A DNA stretch of 64,000 bases from Lentisphaeria bacterium (GCA_022768375.1 JALEMG010000026.1:2259-66258); one strand, 5' to 3'; positions 48,949 to 58,456 are shown, counted from the stretch's first letter. The notes: a model not told the origin generated them from the sequence alone. Program-made: numbers and translations.

Positions 48949-49857
48949 ATGGGACTTTCATTGTTGATCCTCGCCGCCGGGATGGGCAGTCGTTACGGCG
49001 GACTGAAACAGTTGGACCGGATGGGGCCGTCGGGGGAGACGGTAATGGATTACTCGGTATTCGACGCCATGCGCGCCGGATTCGACCGGGTGATTTTCGT
49101 TATCCGTCGGGATTTCGAGGCGGAATTCAAGGAGATCATCGCCAAACGTTACGAGCACAAGGTGGAACTGGCCTACGCTTTTCAGGACCTTGACGACCTG
49201 CCCGGCAACTTCCATGTTCCGGCGGATCGGGTCAAACCGTGGGGCACCGGTCACGCGGTCTATGCCGCCCGCGAACTGCTGACCGAACCGTTTGCGGTGA
49301 TCAACGCCGACGATTTCTACGGTCAGGACAGTTATCGGCAGATCGCGGCGTATCTGCGCAACGCGCCGCAAAGCGACAAAGTCCGCGGCTGTATCGCCGC
49401 CTTTCAACTCTGCAACACCTTGAGCGAGAACGGTTCGGTTTCCCGGGGAATTTGCAGTGACGACGGATGCGGACACCTGACGCAAGTGGTGGAAAACACC
49501 AAAATCTACCGACGGGAAGACGGTGCCGTCGTCTCCTGTCAGGAGGACGGGAAGGAACTGATTCTGACCGGAAATGAGCCCGCTTCCATGAATTGCTGGG
49601 GATTCATGCCGGAACTTGTCGGACAACTGGAAGCGCTCTTTGCGGAGTTTCTCGCCGCCAGAGGCGGGGAACTTAAGAGCGAGTTTTATCTGCCCTTCGT
49701 GGTGGATTCTCTTATTCGTTCCGGCAAGGCGGAGATCACCATGTGCCACAGCAGGGACAGTTGGTTCGGTGTTACTTACAAGGAAGACCGTCCCTCCGTC
49801 CAGAAGGCGCTGAACGATCTGGTCGCCGCCGGTGCGTATCCGCAACGGCTGTTCTAA
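48949..49857 (+). CDS. sugar-1-phosphate nucleotidyltransferase
   Basis: LILAAGMGSRYGG...K signature of the NTP-transferase fold, using an internal ATG after AAGGAA. The sugar specificity cannot be read from the sequence. Confidence 0.75.
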   Translation: MGLSLLILAAGMGSRYGGLKQLDRMGPSGETVMDYSVFDAMRAGFDRVIFVIRRDFEAEFKEIIAKRYEHKVELAYAFQDLDDLPGNFHVPADRVKPWGTGHAVYAARELLTEPFAVINADDFYGQDSYRQIAAYLRNAPQSDKVRGCIAAFQLCNTLSENGSVSRGICSDDGCGHLTQVVENTKIYRREDGAVVSCQEDGKELILTGNEPASMNCWGFMPELVGQLEALFAEFLAARGGELKSEFYLPFVVDSLIRSGKAEITMCHSRDSWFGVTYKEDRPSVQKALNDLVAAGAYPQRLF

Positions 49858-49879
49858 CTCATCAAAAGGAGATTGGCGA

Positions 49880-50980
49880 ATGGCAACGACGCCGTATTCG
49901 CAGCGCGATATCCGCCGACTGATCGGCATGTTCGATGTTTATGGCGACTTTCTGGTCGGCACCCCGTTCGGCAACGGCAACGTCAATGACACATTTCAGT
50001 TGACTTACGATCAAGGCGGGACGCGGCTGCATTACACCTTGCAGCGAATCAACTCCAATGTGTTCAAGGATCCGGTGCGGGTGATGGAGAATGTCGCCCG
50101 GGTCACCGATCATATTCTGGGCAAGATCCGTCTCGCCCACGCGGAGACGAAAAAGCGGACGCTGCGGCTGCTGCACACTCATGACGGCAAGCCGTATGCC
50201 TTCGATGCCAACGGCGACTGCTGGCGGGCCTACATCTTTGTGGAGCATGCCCGGGCGTATGAAGTGCTGGAGTCCCCGGAACAGGCGTTCCGGGTCGCGC
50301 AGGGATTTGGGGAATTTCAGCAGTTGCTGGCGGATTTTGAAGGCCGACTGCATGAGACCATCCCGGACTTTCACCACACGCCGAAGCGGGTCGCCGCTTT
50401 GGAGGCCGCCATCGCGGAGGACCGCGCCGAACGGGTGAAACATGTGCGGCGCGAAATCGACTTTGTCCTGTCTCGCAAGGAGGAGTGCGACAAACTGCTG
50501 CGTCTGCAGGCCGAGGGTGCGATTCCGGAACGGATCACCCACAACGACACCAAGGCCAACAACATCCTGATCGACGACCTCTCCGGCGAAGCCATTTGCG
50601 TCATCGATCTGGACACCGTGATGCCGGGGCTGTCGCTGTACGATTTCGGCGATATGGTGCGCAGCGGCACCAATCCGGCGGAGGAGGATGAAGTCAACCT
50701 CGACCGGGTCGGTATGCGTTTCGACATGTATGAAGGGTTCTTTGACGGCTTCCTGAGCACGGCGGGCAAAATTTTGACCCCGGCGGAACGGGAAATGCTG
50801 CCGTTTTCCGCAAAACTGATCACGCTGGAGATCGGCACCCGCTTTCTCACGGACTACCTGATGGGCGACATTTACTTCAAGATCAGGCGTCCCGATCAGA
50901 ATCTGGACCGCTGCCGTACCCAGTTCAAACTGGTGCAGTCCATCGAAGAACAGATGGACAAGATGATGGCGCTGCTCTGA
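49880..50980 (+). CDS. nahK: N-acetylhexosamine 1-kinase (NahK/LnpB family, APH fold)
   Basis: Strong similarity, as I recall it, to Bifidobacterium NahK: RITHNDTKANNILID, IDLDTVMPGLSLYDFGD, LPFSAKLITLEIGTRFLTDYLMGDIYF. Confidence 0.85.
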   Translation: MATTPYSQRDIRRLIGMFDVYGDFLVGTPFGNGNVNDTFQLTYDQGGTRLHYTLQRINSNVFKDPVRVMENVARVTDHILGKIRLAHAETKKRTLRLLHTHDGKPYAFDANGDCWRAYIFVEHARAYEVLESPEQAFRVAQGFGEFQQLLADFEGRLHETIPDFHHTPKRVAALEAAIAEDRAERVKHVRREIDFVLSRKEECDKLLRLQAEGAIPERITHNDTKANNILIDDLSGEAICVIDLDTVMPGLSLYDFGDMVRSGTNPAEEDEVNLDRVGMRFDMYEGFFDGFLSTAGKILTPAEREMLPFSAKLITLEIGTRFLTDYLMGDIYFKIRRPDQNLDRCRTQFKLVQSIEEQMDKMMALL

Positions 50981-50992
50981 ATCCGCATAAAA

Positions 50993-51036
50993 GCGCCCCG
51001 GCCGCATGTCAGTGAGCGGCCGGGGCGTTTCGTTTT
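50993..51036 (+). terminator. Rho-independent terminator after the kinase gene
   Basis: GC-rich stem GCGCCCCGGCCGC / GCGGCCGGGGCG with a 10-nt loop, followed by TTTCGTTTT. Confidence 0.6.
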
Positions 51037-51358
51037 AGCCGAACCCAGGCCGGAAGGCCTTTGGATTTGTCCTCGAAAATTTTCTCACCGGCGGCGGAAG
51101 CGAACCCCCGGCGGGCAGCGAGGAAGCATCTCCGCCGAATTTCAGCGTCACTCCCGCCGTTCCTGTGACCGTCACCGAGTTGAGGCCGTCGGAGTAGGTC
51201 CGCGCGGCTTCGTCCCAATTGACCATGGAACCGGATTCAAACCACAGCGTCACCGGGCCGGAAACAAGTTATTCCACCGTGTCCGCGCCCCAGTCGGCCC
51301 CGAAGGTGAAGATGTCATTCCCGCCGGCACCGGGCCGGGAATCGGAAAAATATCGCTC
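51009..51358 (-). pseudogene. decayed 3' fragment of a second RTX-type giant-protein gene
   Basis: The translation GAGGNDIFTFGADWGADTVE*LVSGPVTLWFESGSMVNWDEAARTYSDGLNSVTVTG...EKIFEDKSKGLPA aligns with the last ~110 aa of the 38819-47371 product. It has an in-frame TAA at 51269-51271 and a frameshift near 51100-51115. There is no 5' part, because it abuts the rhaA stop. Confidence 0.65.
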
Positions 51359-51367
51359 CGCCGCAAC

Positions 51368-52627
51368 TCAGTTGCGGGTCGCCAGAACCTTTTTCTCGTA
51401 GTTTCTGACGGTCTCCATCATGGCGAAGTCGTCCGCAACGCCCTGCATTTCGCAGTAGTAGTTCCAGACGCTTCCCCACGGCAGCGTCTTGATCTCCTCC
51501 TGCCGGGCCATGCGGGCCGAGAAGTCCCACACCGCTTCTTCCTTGCGAAGCAGTTCGGTGGGTTCCAGCAGCGCGATGAGCAGCGCCTTCTGCATATTCC
51601 GCGCGCCGACCGCCATCGCCGCCACCCGGTTGATGCTGGCGTCGAAGTAATCCAGACAGAAGAAAATTTTGTCCAGATATCCGTACACCGCCGCTTCCCT
51701 CGCAATGGAGAGCAATTCGTCGTTGATGAGGATCACATGGTCGCTGTCCCAGCGTACCCCCCGGCTGACGTGCAGCAGAATGCGCCCCTGCTGGGCGACA
51801 ATGGCGCTCAGTTTGTCCGCAATGGATTCCGTGGGGTGGAAGTGCCCGGAGTCCAGACAGATCAGTTTGCCGCGCTTCGCGGTATACATCAGGAAAAGAT
51901 CGTGGGACCCGACGGTGCAGGACTCCACGCCGATGCCGAAAAGTTTGCTCTCCACCGCGTCCAATTCGTACTTCTCGTCGATCTTCTCCGCGAAGATGGT
52001 GTCGAGCGATTCACACATCCGCACCCGGGGCGCGTAACGGTCGGCGGGAATGTCCTTGAACCCGTCCGGCATCCAGAAATTGCAGACCGCCGGAGTGCCC
52101 AGCGTCTTGCCGAATTCCGCGCCGATCCGCCGAATGGCCCGCCCGTGGTCGATCCAGAACTTGCGGATGCCCGCGTCCGGATGGGACAGCGAAAGCCCGT
52201 GATCCAGTTTCGGATGGGAATAGAAGCAGGGGGCGATGTCCATGCCGATCTTTTTCGCTTTGGCCCAATCCAGCCAGTTGGAGAAGTGTTCCAACGTGAA
52301 GCCGTCCCGGTCCACCCCCGGCAGCATCCGGTCCACCTGATGCCCCTGCAGACAGACCCGCTTGGTCCCGGGAACCAGTTTCAGCACCATGTCCAGATCG
52401 CTCCGCAATTCGTCGGCGGTGCGGGCGCGCCCGGGATAGTTGCCCGTCACCTGGCATCCGCCGGTCAGCGCGGTGGCGAAGTTCTCAAACCCCACCACAT
52501 CGTCCCCCTGCCATGCGTGCAGGGAAACGGGGATCTTTTTCAGACGTTCCACTGCCTCGACCGGGTCCACTCCGTGTTCGCGGTAGATCTCACACGCGAT
52601 GGCGAAGGCTTTGTCAATCCGGCTCAT
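51368..52627 (-). CDS. rhaA: L-rhamnose isomerase
   Basis: Collinear similarity to E. coli RhaA (SLHAWQGDDVVGFE, LDSGHFHPTE, LHVSRGVRWDSDHV). Confidence 0.9.
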   Translation of the reverse strand: MSRIDKAFAIACEIYREHGVDPVEAVERLKKIPVSLHAWQGDDVVGFENFATALTGGCQVTGNYPGRARTADELRSDLDMVLKLVPGTKRVCLQGHQVDRMLPGVDRDGFTLEHFSNWLDWAKAKKIGMDIAPCFYSHPKLDHGLSLSHPDAGIRKFWIDHGRAIRRIGAEFGKTLGTPAVCNFWMPDGFKDIPADRYAPRVRMCESLDTIFAEKIDEKYELDAVESKLFGIGVESCTVGSHDLFLMYTAKRGKLICLDSGHFHPTESIADKLSAIVAQQGRILLHVSRGVRWDSDHVILINDELLSIAREAAVYGYLDKIFFCLDYFDASINRVAAMAVGARNMQKALLIALLEPTELLRKEEAVWDFSARMARQEEIKTLPWGSVWNYYCEMQGVADDFAMMETVRNYEKKVLATRN

Positions 52628-52686
52628 ACTTTTTCCTTTCCTGTATTGGTTGTCGTCGTCAGGATCGAATTTCCTGCTGCATCATG

Positions 52687-54735
52687 TCACTGGGCCAGCG
52701 CAAAGGGCGATACCGGCAGGTCGTTGCTCCCGCCGAGGTTGGCCGCCGCCGGATTGTTGCTCCATGCGTAGCGCACCCGAACCGGCGCGGGCACGGCGGC
52801 GGAGGTCAGCCGTATCTCCCTCCCTCCGGCGGCGATCTCCGCCGCCGCCGGGTGAAATTCCCCGTCCGCTCCGGCAATGACCAGCGCTGCCGGTTTTTCG
52901 CCGCGGAGCAGAACGACCGGAGCGTCAAACTCCACGATCAGTGTCCGGTCTTCCCGACGGCATTTCACCGGGGCCGGAGCCTGACACGCCGGTTTCCCGG
53001 CGATCCGGCGGGCCGCGATCGCCCCGGCCCTTTCGCCCACGGGTTTCTTGTTCCGGGGATGAATGTCGTCCGCTTCGCCGTACTCCAGCGTCACCACCAG
53101 ATCGCTGCCGCTCGTCAGCGCGGCCCGCCGCTGGGCTTCCCGGAGTTTGGCCCACTGGCTGTGTGCGTCGTAGTCGCGCGCCGTCTGAAATCCCGGCAGT
53201 TGGATGATGATGAAATTCATATCCCGCCGCCCCCAGCGGAACTTCCAGTCGTCGATGAGCGTCAGCAGCAGCCGTTCATAGGAGTCGGCCATGCAGATGG
53301 CGTTGGCTTCGCCCTGATACCAGACCACGCCCCGCAGCGCGGCGGGGATCAGCGGGTGGATCATATTGTCGTAGAGCATATGCAGCGAAGCCGGGGCCCC
53401 CGGCCCGAGCAGCCGCATGAATTCCATGCCTGCCGTGCCGAAATTGTGTTCCATGCGCAATTTCCATTTGCCGGTCAGCGGGATGGCGGCGGAACCGCAC
53501 TCCAGTTTCATCTCCGCCGCCGGACCGATCAGCCCCCCGTCGGCGGAGATCGACGCCGCCGAAGCCACCCGGACGGCAATGAGATTGCTTCCCGGCTTGA
53601 CCAGACGGCCGGGAATACGATAGGTCCGAGGGGTATTCCAGTGCTCAAATCGACGGAAGTGCCCGGTCTGTCCCACCTTTTCTCCGTTGAAAAAGGTCTC
53701 GTCGCACTTGTCCGCCGCGCCGATGCCCAGCGTCAGATCGTGTCCGGCCCACTCCGCGGGGATATCCACATACTTGCGGAACCAAAACACCCCGGCGTGA
53801 TTGTATCCCGCCAGCGTCCAACTGTCCGGCAACTCCATTTCCTGCCACGCGGCATCGTCAAATTCGGGGGTATGCCACTTCTGCGCCTCCCCCAGTTTGG
53901 CCGGTTCCCCGGGAAACAGTTCGTCCAAACGGGCGAAAATCGCGGCGTCGCCGCCGTCCGGCACCGCCCGATCCGGCGGCAGATCCCGGTAATGGTCCTC
54001 GGAAAATTCCAGAACGTCATATTTTGCGGCGTCGGCGGCAAAATCCGGATTGGCCAGCAGCGCTTCCCGGCTCACGAAAGATTCGGCCCCCATACCGCCC
54101 AAATATGCGCCGATCAGTCCCACCGGAACCCCGAGTTCCCGGCGCAGCGTCCGCCCGAAATGGTACCCGACAGCGGAGAAATTCGCCGCGCTTTCCGCTG
54201 TTGCCGTCTGCCATTTGCCCCGGGCCTCCGGCTGCGGCCCCGGCAGTTTCGTCACCGGGACACGGAACATGCGCAAATCCGGGTCCGCCGGGTAATTTTT
54301 CGCCGCGTCGCCGTCCAGCGCCCGATGCAGCGGCAGTTCCATATTGCTCTGTCCGGCAAGGAGATAAACCTCCCCGACCGCGATGTTTTCGGAAACCACC
54401 CGGCGTCCGGAGGCAAGTTCCTCCAGAATCAGTTCCTTTCCCGTCCCGGCGCTCTGCGGCGGCAGCCACAGTCGGAAATTGCCGAATCCGTCCGTCACCG
54501 TGACCGCCGCATCACTCCCCAACCGACACCGCACCCGGCTCCCGGGCGTGGCTCTGCCCCACACCGGCAGCGGCATATCCCGCTGCAGAACCGCCCCGGA
54601 CTGAAACAGCGGCGCAAACCGCAGATCCCCGCCGGATGGCTCCCCCTCCGCAACCTCCGACCGAGGACCGACCGCACAACCGAGAGAAAGCATAAGCAAC
54701 ACTCCTGCAACTGAAAACCAACGAATTTTTATCAT
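52687..54735 (-). CDS. sialate O-acetylesterase-family (SASA/DUF303) carbohydrate esterase, probable lipoprotein
   Basis: Signal peptide ending LSLGC, the VYLLAGQSNME motif and a central beta-sandwich insertion. Confidence 0.8.
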   Translation of the reverse strand: MIKIRWFSVAGVLLMLSLGCAVGPRSEVAEGEPSGGDLRFAPLFQSGAVLQRDMPLPVWGRATPGSRVRCRLGSDAAVTVTDGFGNFRLWLPPQSAGTGKELILEELASGRRVVSENIAVGEVYLLAGQSNMELPLHRALDGDAAKNYPADPDLRMFRVPVTKLPGPQPEARGKWQTATAESAANFSAVGYHFGRTLRRELGVPVGLIGAYLGGMGAESFVSREALLANPDFAADAAKYDVLEFSEDHYRDLPPDRAVPDGGDAAIFARLDELFPGEPAKLGEAQKWHTPEFDDAAWQEMELPDSWTLAGYNHAGVFWFRKYVDIPAEWAGHDLTLGIGAADKCDETFFNGEKVGQTGHFRRFEHWNTPRTYRIPGRLVKPGSNLIAVRVASAASISADGGLIGPAAEMKLECGSAAIPLTGKWKLRMEHNFGTAGMEFMRLLGPGAPASLHMLYDNMIHPLIPAALRGVVWYQGEANAICMADSYERLLLTLIDDWKFRWGRRDMNFIIIQLPGFQTARDYDAHSQWAKLREAQRRAALTSGSDLVVTLEYGEADDIHPRNKKPVGERAGAIAARRIAGKPACQAPAPVKCRREDRTLIVEFDAPVVLLRGEKPAALVIAGADGEFHPAAAEIAAGGREIRLTSAAVPAPVRVRYAWSNNPAAANLGGSNDLPVSPFALAQ

Positions 54736-55079
54736 TTTCCACTTCTCCGCACCAGTCGGGAATCATCGGGACCAAAAACCGACCTGCGTTGATTTACTAT
54801 AACGCCGAAATCCCAATTTTTCCAGTGAAACAGGATGGTATTTCGCGGATTTTATCCATCCGTTTCGCCCGCAATGGAACCGGTCTCAAAATGTTGAGTT
54901 CCCGTTCCGCGCCCGGAAAGTGCGCATTGTTCCGGGGCTCGGTCGAAAATCCGCCGAAAATCACTTGAAGCAACTTGATTTCACGACGGAACCGATGTAT
55001 CTTTAGGGAACATTCCGGCGAACTCCGCTTTCCGTGCGCTGTCCGCGATCGGATGAATGTTTCCCGAGGAGAGGACCTG

Positions 55080-57125
55080 ATGAAACGCTCGCTTGTGTTC
55101 TGGATGTGGAATGACGAACTTGATTCGACGGAGATCCGGCGGCAGATCGGCGAATTTCACGCCAAACATGTGGACGGATTTTTCATCCACACCATGCCGG
55201 CGGAGTTCCGGCCCCACGACTTTCCCGGCGGCATGCCCGGATACCTCTCGGAACACTTCTTTGCCATGGTCGAAGTCGCTGTAAAACAAGCCGCCGCGCT
55301 CGGCATGGAGGCGTGGCTCTACGACGAGGGCGGCTGGCCCAGCGGCACCCGAAACGGCCGTCTGCCGGTCGAACACCCGGAGTTGCGGATGCACCACATC
55401 CTGTCGTCCGGCGAGATCACCGCCGTCGAGAGCCGGCTTGATCTGCTCAATCCCGCCGCCACGGAACTTTTCATCCGCAGCACGTATGAGGAATACGCCC
55501 GGCGACTGGGGAAATATTTCGGCGGCGTGATCCCGGGAATATTCACCGACGAACCGTTTTTCGGAGATTTCGATCCGTCGGACCGTCTCCCGTGGTCCCC
55601 CGTGCTGACGGCGCGCTTCGAGGAGCGCAAGCACTACGATGCCCGCGACGCCGCCATGCGGATCCTCCACGAGCGTGACCCGCAGGCCGGGATCGACTAC
55701 TGCGAAATCTGGAGTTCGCTGATCGCCGACGGTTTCATGCGGCCGCTGCACGACTGGTGTCACGCTCACGATCTGATCTTCACCGGGCATTTCAACGGGG
55801 ACGACAGCGTGGAGAACGTCTTCCGTCTGCTGGCGTCCGACATATTCAGCATCCACCGCTTTTTCGACATGCCCGGATGCGACGCGATCTGGCGGCAGGT
55901 CCATCCGCTGATGCCGGAAACCGACCTGAGCCGGCTCACCGCTTCGGCGGCGCGGGGCCGCCGGTCGATCAGCGAGAGTTTCGGCGTCTACGGCGCCGAT
56001 CTGTCACTGGCGGAGATGAAATCCGTCGCCGCCGGACAATTCGCTTCCGGGATCGAAGTCATCGCCCCCATGGCGATCCACTATTCCGACCGGGGCGGAC
56101 GGCAGGTCACGACCTGTTCCAACTTTTTCGGCCTCGATCCCCGCTGGGCGCACTACGCGCAGTTCAGCGATTTTCTCCGGCGGATGTCCAAAGTGTTTGA
56201 CCGTACCGTTCCGGTCATCAAGACCTCTCTCTCCTTCCCGGTCCGGGCGCTCCGTTCCGGCGTCCCCTGCCCCGATCTCTTTGAGCAAGGTTTGCGACTG
56301 GCCCGGCGGCAGATCACCTACGACTACGTCCCGGATGCCCCCGAAGCAGACGGCGTTCCCGTCCCGGATATCCGACTGGCCGCCCCCTGCCCCGCGCTGC
56401 GGACCCGGCATCTGAAATCCCCCCGCGGCGAACGGCGCATCCTGATCAATTCCGGATTGGAAGCGCTCCATTGCCGCTTCGCCGCGCCTGCCGGATTCAA
56501 CGTCTGGTTCGACCCGGCCACCGGGAAACGCACCCCCGCCCGGGCCGACCGGGATGGTTTTCTGGAGTTGGACCTTCCCTTCGGCGGCGCAACGGTTTTG
56601 CTCACCCTGCCCGGCCGTTCCCAGACTCCGGCGGCGGAGTCCCGCGCCGACACCGCCGACCGGCACGAAGTGATCTTCCGCCGGGGAGCGGTGATCCGGG
56701 CGTTCCGGGCCGGGGAAAACGGTCTGGAGGAAGTGACGCCGGTCCCCCCGGAACTGCCGGACAACATGTGCGGCACCGTCCGCTGGGAGACGGAAATCGA
56801 CGCCGATGCGCCCGGCACGGTCGCGCTGGTCCTGCCGGAAGCAAAGCGGGCGATGGTCACGCTTCGGCTCAACGGCAGGGAGATCGGCACCCGGCTGTGG
56901 GGACCGTATCAGTGGAATATTCCGCTGAAAGCCGGACGCAGCCGTCTTGAGTTGGATATCTCGGATACCCCGGCAAAGGCGCTGTACGCCCCGGAGCACG
57001 TCGCATATCTGGAAAAACACAATTTTCTGAATGTCTACCTGCAGAAGTGTCTGACATTCCAGCGGATATTCCCCGAAGAACAGCCGTTGGCCGGGGCCTA
57101 TTGGCAGCAGGTGCGACAACTTTGA
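55080..57125 (+). CDS. glycoside hydrolase, GH106-like (alpha-L-rhamnosidase-type) with a C-terminal jelly-roll domain
   Basis: FWMWND...EFHAKHVDGFFIH N-terminus and a C-terminal LRLNGREIGTRLWGPYQWNI pattern, both resembling the Glyco_hydro_106 family by my recollection. The ATG follows GAGGAGAGG. Confidence 0.55.
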   Translation: MKRSLVFWMWNDELDSTEIRRQIGEFHAKHVDGFFIHTMPAEFRPHDFPGGMPGYLSEHFFAMVEVAVKQAAALGMEAWLYDEGGWPSGTRNGRLPVEHPELRMHHILSSGEITAVESRLDLLNPAATELFIRSTYEEYARRLGKYFGGVIPGIFTDEPFFGDFDPSDRLPWSPVLTARFEERKHYDARDAAMRILHERDPQAGIDYCEIWSSLIADGFMRPLHDWCHAHDLIFTGHFNGDDSVENVFRLLASDIFSIHRFFDMPGCDAIWRQVHPLMPETDLSRLTASAARGRRSISESFGVYGADLSLAEMKSVAAGQFASGIEVIAPMAIHYSDRGGRQVTTCSNFFGLDPRWAHYAQFSDFLRRMSKVFDRTVPVIKTSLSFPVRALRSGVPCPDLFEQGLRLARRQITYDYVPDAPEADGVPVPDIRLAAPCPALRTRHLKSPRGERRILINSGLEALHCRFAAPAGFNVWFDPATGKRTPARADRDGFLELDLPFGGATVLLTLPGRSQTPAAESRADTADRHEVIFRRGAVIRAFRAGENGLEEVTPVPPELPDNMCGTVRWETEIDADAPGTVALVLPEAKRAMVTLRLNGREIGTRLWGPYQWNIPLKAGRSRLELDISDTPAKALYAPEHVAYLEKHNFLNVYLQKCLTFQRIFPEEQPLAGAYWQQVRQL

Positions 57126-57147
57126 TATCCATGCGACATTCATGCCA

Positions 57148-57176
57148 TTGACAATCATTTCGCGGCGAAATATATT
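57148..57176 (+). promoter_or_regulatory. consensus sigma70-like promoter for the alpha/beta hydrolase gene
   Basis: TTGACA, 17-nt spacer, TATATT. Confidence 0.5.
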
Positions 57177-57211
57177 GAACCGCCGGCAAATCATTTTTCA
57201 GGAGACGTCTT

Positions 57212-58384
57212 ATGCGTAAAATAATCTGGTTATCCGCCCTTTTCGGTTCGCTTTTCCCGGTAAAGGCGATGGAGCCGGAATCCCCGGAGAAATACTGGGA
57301 TTTCAACGAACTGAAACAGCCCCCGCGCTACCGGGACGACCACGATCCGGGCAGCACCCATCCGGGGTTGCGCTCCATTGTTTTCGACGGGGTGAAGGAA
57401 AACGGTGTGACGACGCAAGTTTTCGCCTACATTGCCATCCCGGACGGCCCGGTGCCGCCGGGCGGATTTCCGGGGGTGGTGCTGGTCCACGGCGGCGGCG
57501 GCACGGCGTTTCCGTGGGCGGTGGAGTTGTGGCGTTCCTACGGGTATGCGGTCATCGCCCCCGACTGGTACGGCAACCGTCCCATTCCCCGGGACCGGGG
57601 CGCACAGGAGGTCGGCGGGATGCGGAAATTCCGCAAGCCGGTGGGCAAAGCCCGTCCGCACACCTACAAGGGAACGCCCCAGCATATTTCCAACGCCGCC
57701 AACATGGTGCTGGCCCACTCCCTGCTGCGGAGTCTGCCGCAAGTCGATGCGGACCGGACCCTCTACGTCGGACTCTCGTGGGGCAGTTGGTACGGCGCGA
57801 TGGTCACTGCGATCGATCCGCGGTTCCGGGGCATGCTGGAAATTTATCTGGGCAATGTCCGCGATGACGATCTTTTCATCAACGGACGCTTCCTGCACGC
57901 GGCGAAAGTCCCGATGTATTATGTCGTCGGCACCAACGATCTGGCCGGAGCCCCGCAAAGTCTGCAGAAGGGATTTACCGCCTGCGGCACGATGCTGCGG
58001 AGCCGGACTATGATCGTGGATCTGCCCCATTCCCACGAGGGATTCCGTTTCAAGGTCTGCCGCCGGATCGCCGACTGGATTTTGAAAGGCGAAACGGGAC
58101 TGCCGGTGCTGGGACCGGTCAGCGTCGGGAACGGCATGATATCCGCGCCGGTGGTATCGGAGGGCAAAGGGATCAAAAAGGGCTTTCTCTGTTACACCGC
58201 CGACCGGAAGGAAAAGGTTTACCACAAGCGCAAGTGGCAAATGATTCTGGTGCAACCGGCGGACGGGAAGGTTTCCGCAGCGCTGCCGGACGGTATCTAT
58301 CAGGGGTACCTTGCCGTTTACGATGAGGACGAACTCTCCGGCTATTGCTGCGGAAGTTCGGATATGATCACGTTTCCGCGGTAA
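57212..58384 (+). CDS. secreted alpha/beta hydrolase (acetyl-esterase / dienelactone-hydrolase-like)
   Basis: Signal peptide, an oxyanion region VLVHGGGGTAF and the nucleophile elbow GLSWGS. Confidence 0.65.
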   Translation: MRKIIWLSALFGSLFPVKAMEPESPEKYWDFNELKQPPRYRDDHDPGSTHPGLRSIVFDGVKENGVTTQVFAYIAIPDGPVPPGGFPGVVLVHGGGGTAFPWAVELWRSYGYAVIAPDWYGNRPIPRDRGAQEVGGMRKFRKPVGKARPHTYKGTPQHISNAANMVLAHSLLRSLPQVDADRTLYVGLSWGSWYGAMVTAIDPRFRGMLEIYLGNVRDDDLFINGRFLHAAKVPMYYVVGTNDLAGAPQSLQKGFTACGTMLRSRTMIVDLPHSHEGFRFKVCRRIADWILKGETGLPVLGPVSVGNGMISAPVVSEGKGIKKGFLCYTADRKEKVYHKRKWQMILVQPADGKVSAALPDGIYQGYLAVYDEDELSGYCCGSSDMITFPR

Positions 58385-58409
58385 AATTGGAAATTTTTTA
58401 CACTTCGGA

Positions 58410-58437
58410 TTGACAAATCCGATTCCGCGTGTATATT
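58410..58437 (+). promoter_or_regulatory. consensus promoter for tRNA-Ala
   Basis: TTGACA, 16-nt spacer, TATATT (preceded by TG), about 20 nt upstream of the tRNA 5' end. Confidence 0.5.
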
Positions 58438-58456
58438 AAGAAGCGTCATCACGAAT

